From an uncultured Gemmatimonadales bacterium (GTDB lineage: Bacteria > Gemmatimonadota > Gemmatimonadetes > Gemmatimonadales > Gemmatimonadaceae): DNA of 64,000 nucleotides. Both the position numbers and the translations under genes were made by a program. The notes below the pieces were generated by a model. It had not been told where the DNA came from. It did no database searches and saw only the letters and a program-made list of their open reading frames with translations. Positions 60,318 to 64,000 of the stretch are shown here, in pieces. Location: NCBI GenBank assembly GCA_963793305.1, contig CAWBZV010000005.1, forward strand, positions 128,001 to 192,000. Reading direction: 5' to 3'. The first letter of the stretch is position 1; each line of letters starts with the position of its first letter.

Positions 60318-61033
60318 CCGCGCTCCTCGTCTCCATCCATGATGTGACGCCGGCGTTGGCGTCGCGCGTCGAGGCGCTCTGGGCCCTCTGCGCGGCCCGC
60401 GGCGTCACGCCTGCGCTACTCGTTGTACCGAATTGGCACGGGGACTGGCCCCTGGAGCGCTATCCCGACTTCGTGCAGTGGATACGGTCGAGGGCCAAAG
60501 ACGGCGCCGAGGTATTTCTCCACGGCGAGCGTCACGACGAGGTCGGATCTCCACGAGGATGGCGTGATCAGTGGCGCGCATTCGGGAAGACGGCTCGGGA
60601 GGGAGAGTTTCTGACGCTCGAGGCCCCGGCCGCCCGGGAACGGGTGGAACGGGGACTTGCGCTGTTCGCGCGGTTGGGACTGGACCCCATCGGGTTCATT
60701 CCCCCCGCTTGGCTCGCGCGCGATTCCTGCGTTGGCGTGATCGGAGCACTCGGCCTGAAATTCTACGAGGACGATGCGATCGTCACGAACTGCGCCAGTC
60801 AAACGCATTACCCGTCCCCCGTGGTCCGTTGGAGTGCTCGCACGCCGTTGCGTGCGAGGGGATCGGCGCTGGTCGCCGAGTGGCGTTGGCGCGCGCAGCG
60901 CGCCGAGCGCTATGCAAGAATCGCCTTGCACCCGAGCGATCTGGACAGCCCGATCACGGCGCGCTCAGTGGAACACTCGCTCGACCGGTGGGTTGCCGCG
61001 CGACGGCCGACCCGATATCAAGACCTTGCCTGA
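60314..61033 (+). CDS. Polysaccharide deacetylase-like protein (DUF2334-like)
   Basis: VSIHDVTP, LLVVP, LHG..H, GEF, GFIPPAW, RIALHP.D; start uncertain. Confidence 0.8.
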   Translation: MTALLVSIHDVTPALASRVEALWALCAARGVTPALLVVPNWHGDWPLERYPDFVQWIRSRAKDGAEVFLHGERHDEVGSPRGWRDQWRAFGKTAREGEFLTLEAPAARERVERGLALFARLGLDPIGFIPPAWLARDSCVGVIGALGLKFYEDDAIVTNCASQTHYPSPVVRWSARTPLRARGSALVAEWRWRAQRAERYARIALHPSDLDSPITARSVEHSLDRWVAARRPTRYQDLA

Positions 61034-61036
61034 CCC

Positions 61037-61948
61037 GTGCTGAGCACGGCCGCGGCCCTCGCACTCTGTCTCGGCCTGTTCACGGCCGACCACCTCGCGC
61101 GCGCATGGCGCGTTCAAGTCTTAGCGAGAGGGCTGGGCAATCGCACGCCTTTTATCAAAGCGTTCGCGCTGAACGCGGCGAGCGATGCGACGTCCGCCCT
61201 GACGCCGCTCAAGCTCGGCGGCGAGCCCGTGCGGTTCGGCGGATTGATCAACGCGGGCCTCAATGTATCCGACACGATCGCGCTGATCAGCGTCGAGGCG
61301 ATCATCGAATGGGCCGTCGTGATCACCCTCGGCGTCTCGATCTTCTGGCACTGGGGCGGGGCATGGTGGCGCACGCAGCAGCAAGTGCTGCTCCCGCGCT
61401 TGGGGCACGCGATCCCGTGGGTGGCGCTGATTGTTGTCGTGGGCATCGCGATCCTGTTCGGCTTCAGAAAATTCCTGCCGCAGGTCTCGATGTACGTCGG
61501 GGGAACGCTCCGCGACTCGATCCGCCTCGCGCGCCGAATGCCGTTCTGGGCAGTTGCCGCAACGGTACCCATCACGGCGCTTCACGTCGTCGCCCGCATC
61601 GCGATTCTGCCGGCGGTCTTCGCCACGCTCTCCAATCCACCGGCGCTCGGGACGGTTGTCGTCGGATCATTCGTGCTCCTCTACGGCCAGAATTTCCTGC
61701 CGACGCCCTCCGGAGCCGGCGCGATCGAGCTGGGATTCCTGGATGGCGCGGCGGGGTATGTCGGACCCGAGGCGGGCGCGTTGCTCGTCACGTGGCGGTT
61801 CTACACGACGCTGTTGCCCATCGTGCTCGGCCTCGTGTTCGGCACGGCGATGTACGCCCCGGTGCTGCATCGCATCGCGCGCTTCGTCCTCTTACGGCGG
61901 CGCCGAGCGCGCCGCACATTGCAACGTGACAACGACGCTCCGGGCTGA
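61037..61948 (+). CDS. Lysylphosphatidylglycerol-synthase TM domain / flippase-like membrane protein
   Basis: RAWR, TP..LGGEP, PTPSGAG..E, TWRFYT. Confidence 0.82.
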   Translation: MLSTAAALALCLGLFTADHLARAWRVQVLARGLGNRTPFIKAFALNAASDATSALTPLKLGGEPVRFGGLINAGLNVSDTIALISVEAIIEWAVVITLGVSIFWHWGGAWWRTQQQVLLPRLGHAIPWVALIVVVGIAILFGFRKFLPQVSMYVGGTLRDSIRLARRMPFWAVAATVPITALHVVARIAILPAVFATLSNPPALGTVVVGSFVLLYGQNFLPTPSGAGAIELGFLDGAAGYVGPEAGALLVTWRFYTTLLPIVLGLVFGTAMYAPVLHRIARFVLLRRRRARRTLQRDNDAPG

Positions 61949-63159
61949 CCACGACTCCGGGCGCGCCGAGGCGGCGACCGAGCTCCGGCTCGCGCTGTTC
62001 ACGGACACGTATCCGCCACAACTGAACGGCGTGTCGCGCACCCTCGAGCGCCTGGTTTCGGCGGTACAGGCACGTGGCGGTTCCGCTCGGGTGTACACGA
62101 CGACAGATCCTGAAGTCACGACGCGGTCAAGCGACATTTGGCGACGCCCGAGCATCCCATTCTGGGCCTACCCGCAACTCCGTCTCGCGCCTCCCGTCGG
62201 TGGCCGCATCTATCGCGACTTGTTGGCGTGGCGACCGACGTTGATCCACGCGGCAACACCGTTTGGCATGGGGCTCACGGGTCGTGCGTGTGCGCTGCGC
62301 CTCGGCGTTCCTCTGGTGACGTTGTACCACACGTCATTTAGCGAGTACGCGCGATTTTATAATCTGGGATTGTTAAGTGGCCTTGGGTGGGCGTTCTTCC
62401 GTTGGTTCCACAATACGGGGCAACGCACCTACGTCCCGACGCGCGCGATCGCCGATGAGCTGGGCCGTCTCGGGTTCGCACGTCTTGCGGTCTGGGGGCG
62501 GGGGATCGAGATGCAGCGGTTCAATCCGCTATATCGCTCCGCCGCGTGGCGCCAGCGACTGGGCGCCGACGACGATACGATCGTCGTGGCCTACGTGGGC
62601 CGCCTGGCCGCTGAGAAGGGGTTGGACGTTCGCGCTCTCCGCCATGCAGAGCCTCGCGTCCAACCGCCGGATCCGTTTCGCCCTGGCCGGCGACGGCCCC
62701 TACGCCGACCATTGCCGCCGCGCGGCGCCGGGCAATGCCATGTTCACCGGCCGCATCGTCGGCGAAGACCTGAGCGCATTCTACGCGTCGGCCGATCTCT
62801 TCATGTTCCCATCGACGACGGACACCTTCGGCAACGTGTTGCTCGAAGCGATGGCCTCGGGACTCCCCGTGATTGCCGCCGATGTCGGACCGACGCGCGA
62901 GCTACTGGCGAGCGGCGGTGGCGTCACGTTCCCAGCGAGCGACGCTCACGGGTTGGCCGCCCAGATCCTCGCGCTCGCCAGCGATCCGGCGCGTCGCCAT
63001 GCGCTCGCGGCCGAAGGGTTACACGCGGCGCAGAACTGCTCCTGGGACCGCATCTTCGATGCGCTCATCGCCGACTATCGTCAGGTGTCGACCGAGCCGC
63101 CCGTATGGCCCCGCCGGGCGATCACTCATACGAAGACTCGTCCGCTCTCTCGACGCTGA
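61926..63159 (+). CDS. Glycosyltransferase family 4 (MgtA/PimB-like), apparent frameshift near 62629
   Basis: FTDTYPPQLNGV, HAATP, YVGRLAAEKG, GDGP, FPS.TDTFGNVLLEAMASG. Confidence 0.9.
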
Positions 63160-63310
63160 CGCCGCTCCGCGGCGCGTCGATGCAGCGCTGCGCGCTGCTC
63201 GACTGGTCGGTTCGCCTCCGGGGGGCAACCCCAACTACGCCCCCCGGACCCCCCAACGACCGTGCATCGCGCGATTGCCTTTAAGACGACTCGTCCGCTC
63301 TCTCGACGCT
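63135..63310. repeat. 23-bp perfect direct repeat (63135-63157 and 63288-63310) bracketing repeat copy 2
   Basis: gactcgtccgctctctcgacgct occurs twice. Confidence 0.9.
63157..63254 (+). repeat. About 98-bp multi-hairpin dispersed repeat, copy 2
   Basis: Near-identical to the reverse complement of 36584-36680. Confidence 0.92.
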
Positions 63311-63481
63311 AACGTCGGCGCGACCGCTCCGCGTATAGCGCACACGGACGCGCCACATTTGGCAGCAGACCTGGCAGTCCTCCTCGTATTCCTGCGTCGC
63401 CGCTCCGCCCGAATCGAGCCCCACAACATTTGGCGCGCCGCAATACGGGCACACGACGTTGGCTTCGTCATCCCGGACCAT
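63281..63481 (-). CDS. CPXCG-motif cysteine-rich small protein
   Basis: VCPYCG...QEYEEDCQVCC. Confidence 0.88.
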   Translation of the reverse strand: MVRDDEANVVCPYCGAPNVVGLDSGGAATQEYEEDCQVCCQMWRVRVRYTRSGRADVSVERADESS

Positions 63482-63552
63482 ACGCCAAGAAATTTAACGT
63501 CCGTCGCGCGCTAGCGTCTCACGAGGCGAACAACTCAGCAGGGGAGGACCCT

Positions 63553-63929
63553 ATGATTCGCATGACCCTAAGCGCGCTGGCGCTGGCAGTCGCGGTTGCG
63601 TTGCCCGCCACATTCGCGCGCAGCAGGCTTCGCCTGATTCGACGCCGACCCCGTCAACGACGACAGCCGCACCGCATCGCCATCACTTCGGCCGGCGCTT
63701 GTTCCACGGCGTCAATCTGACGGCGGCCGAGAAGACGCAAATCCGCGCGATCCATCAGAAGTACGAGCCGCAAATCAAGACCGCGCGCCAGTCTGGTGAC
63801 AAGCCGACGATTCGTACGCTGCGCACCCAGCAACTCGATGAGATGCGCACCGTGCTCACGCCCGACCAGCAGACGACATTCGACACCAATCGCGCCGCGC
63901 TCAGAGCGCGCGCACAGAAGCAGTCTTAA
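63553..63929 (+). CDS. Spy/CpxP (LTXXQ) periplasmic protein, frameshift near 63615
   Basis: GGAGG RBS, signal peptide, NLTAAEK..I..I, VLTPDQQ..F. Confidence 0.75.
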
Positions 63930-63944
63930 TCGTCCCGTTGTCGC

Positions 63945-63984
63945 CGCCGCCGCTCCGCCTTGAGGCGCGAGCGGCGGCGTTTGT
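63945..63984 (+). terminator. Probable intrinsic terminator
   Basis: cgccgccgctc...gagcggcggcg stem followed by tttgt, just after the stop codon. Confidence 0.6.
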
Positions 63985-64000
63985 CATTGAGTCGCGTCGC

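Noticed and set aside
22765..62323. Genetic-code reassignment or RNA editing (AAY as Asp, TTG as Ser)
   Set aside because: Both changes are the same DNA-level event on opposite strands, and other AAY and TTG codons translate normally
63135..63310. Mini CRISPR array
   Set aside because: Only two 23-bp repeats, about 130 bp apart, derived from coding sequence; no cas genes
165..63514. Many long alternative-frame ORFs in the track (e.g. 3626-4813, 26723-27973, 45509-46951, 49333-50643, 52333-53754)
   Set aside because: Antisense or shifted shadows of well-supported genes, expected in high-GC DNA, with no recognisable motifs
1..63929. About a dozen frameshifted genes as true pseudogenes or programmed frameshifts
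   Set aside because: They hit core genes (acs, gcvP, cobA-hemD, mlaD), I saw no accompanying in-frame stops or slippery sites, and most share one 4-mer context; consensus error is more parsimonious
1..64000. tRNA, rRNA, riboswitch (e.g. glycine riboswitch before gcvT) or IS transposase
   Set aside because: None recognised by eye; intergenic gaps are short, though a covariance-model scan was not run

Overview
Gene-dense, high-GC bacterial chromosomal window, most likely Gemmatimonadota (inferred from gene style and content, not tested). It holds about 67 CDS and no rRNA, tRNA, CRISPR array or transposase that I can see. Housekeeping blocks are: PorX/PglZ regulator-msbA-GT-GT-lpxL; yebC-ruvC-ruvA; tyrS with a Phd/VapC toxin-antitoxin pair; dsbA-VKOR; acs; STAS-ccmABCD-cobA/hemD-hemC-hemB; ctaA-ctaB; lptF-lptG-mlaE-mlaD; pilB-pilT-pilC; gcvT-gcvP; and a GT4/deacetylase/flippase-like cluster. 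The main signals are five. (1) Nine frameshifts and at least nine motif-breaking substitutions all fall on one 4-mer (GAYG/CRTC), which looks like the sequencing-error footprint of a sequence-specific DNA modification rather than real pseudogenisation. (2) A compact operon of DUF92, FAD oxidoreductase, flavin reductase, methyltransferase, SRPBCC cyclase and FabF-type ketosynthase, with no ACP or chain-length factor, may make an aromatic or phenolic lipid. (3) A dispersed family of modular hairpin repeats shows compensatory changes and GC-GNA-GC loops, and one copy sits inside a duplicated gene 3' end. (4) TANNNT boxes recur 6-7 nt before start codons, suggesting leaderless mRNAs. (5) Odd proteins include a DnaB C-terminal-only ATPase beside ruvC-ruvA with no ruvB, a zinc-ligand-less HtpX homologue and a COX2-TM-like mini-protein. 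All calls come from reading motifs by eye; no searches were run.
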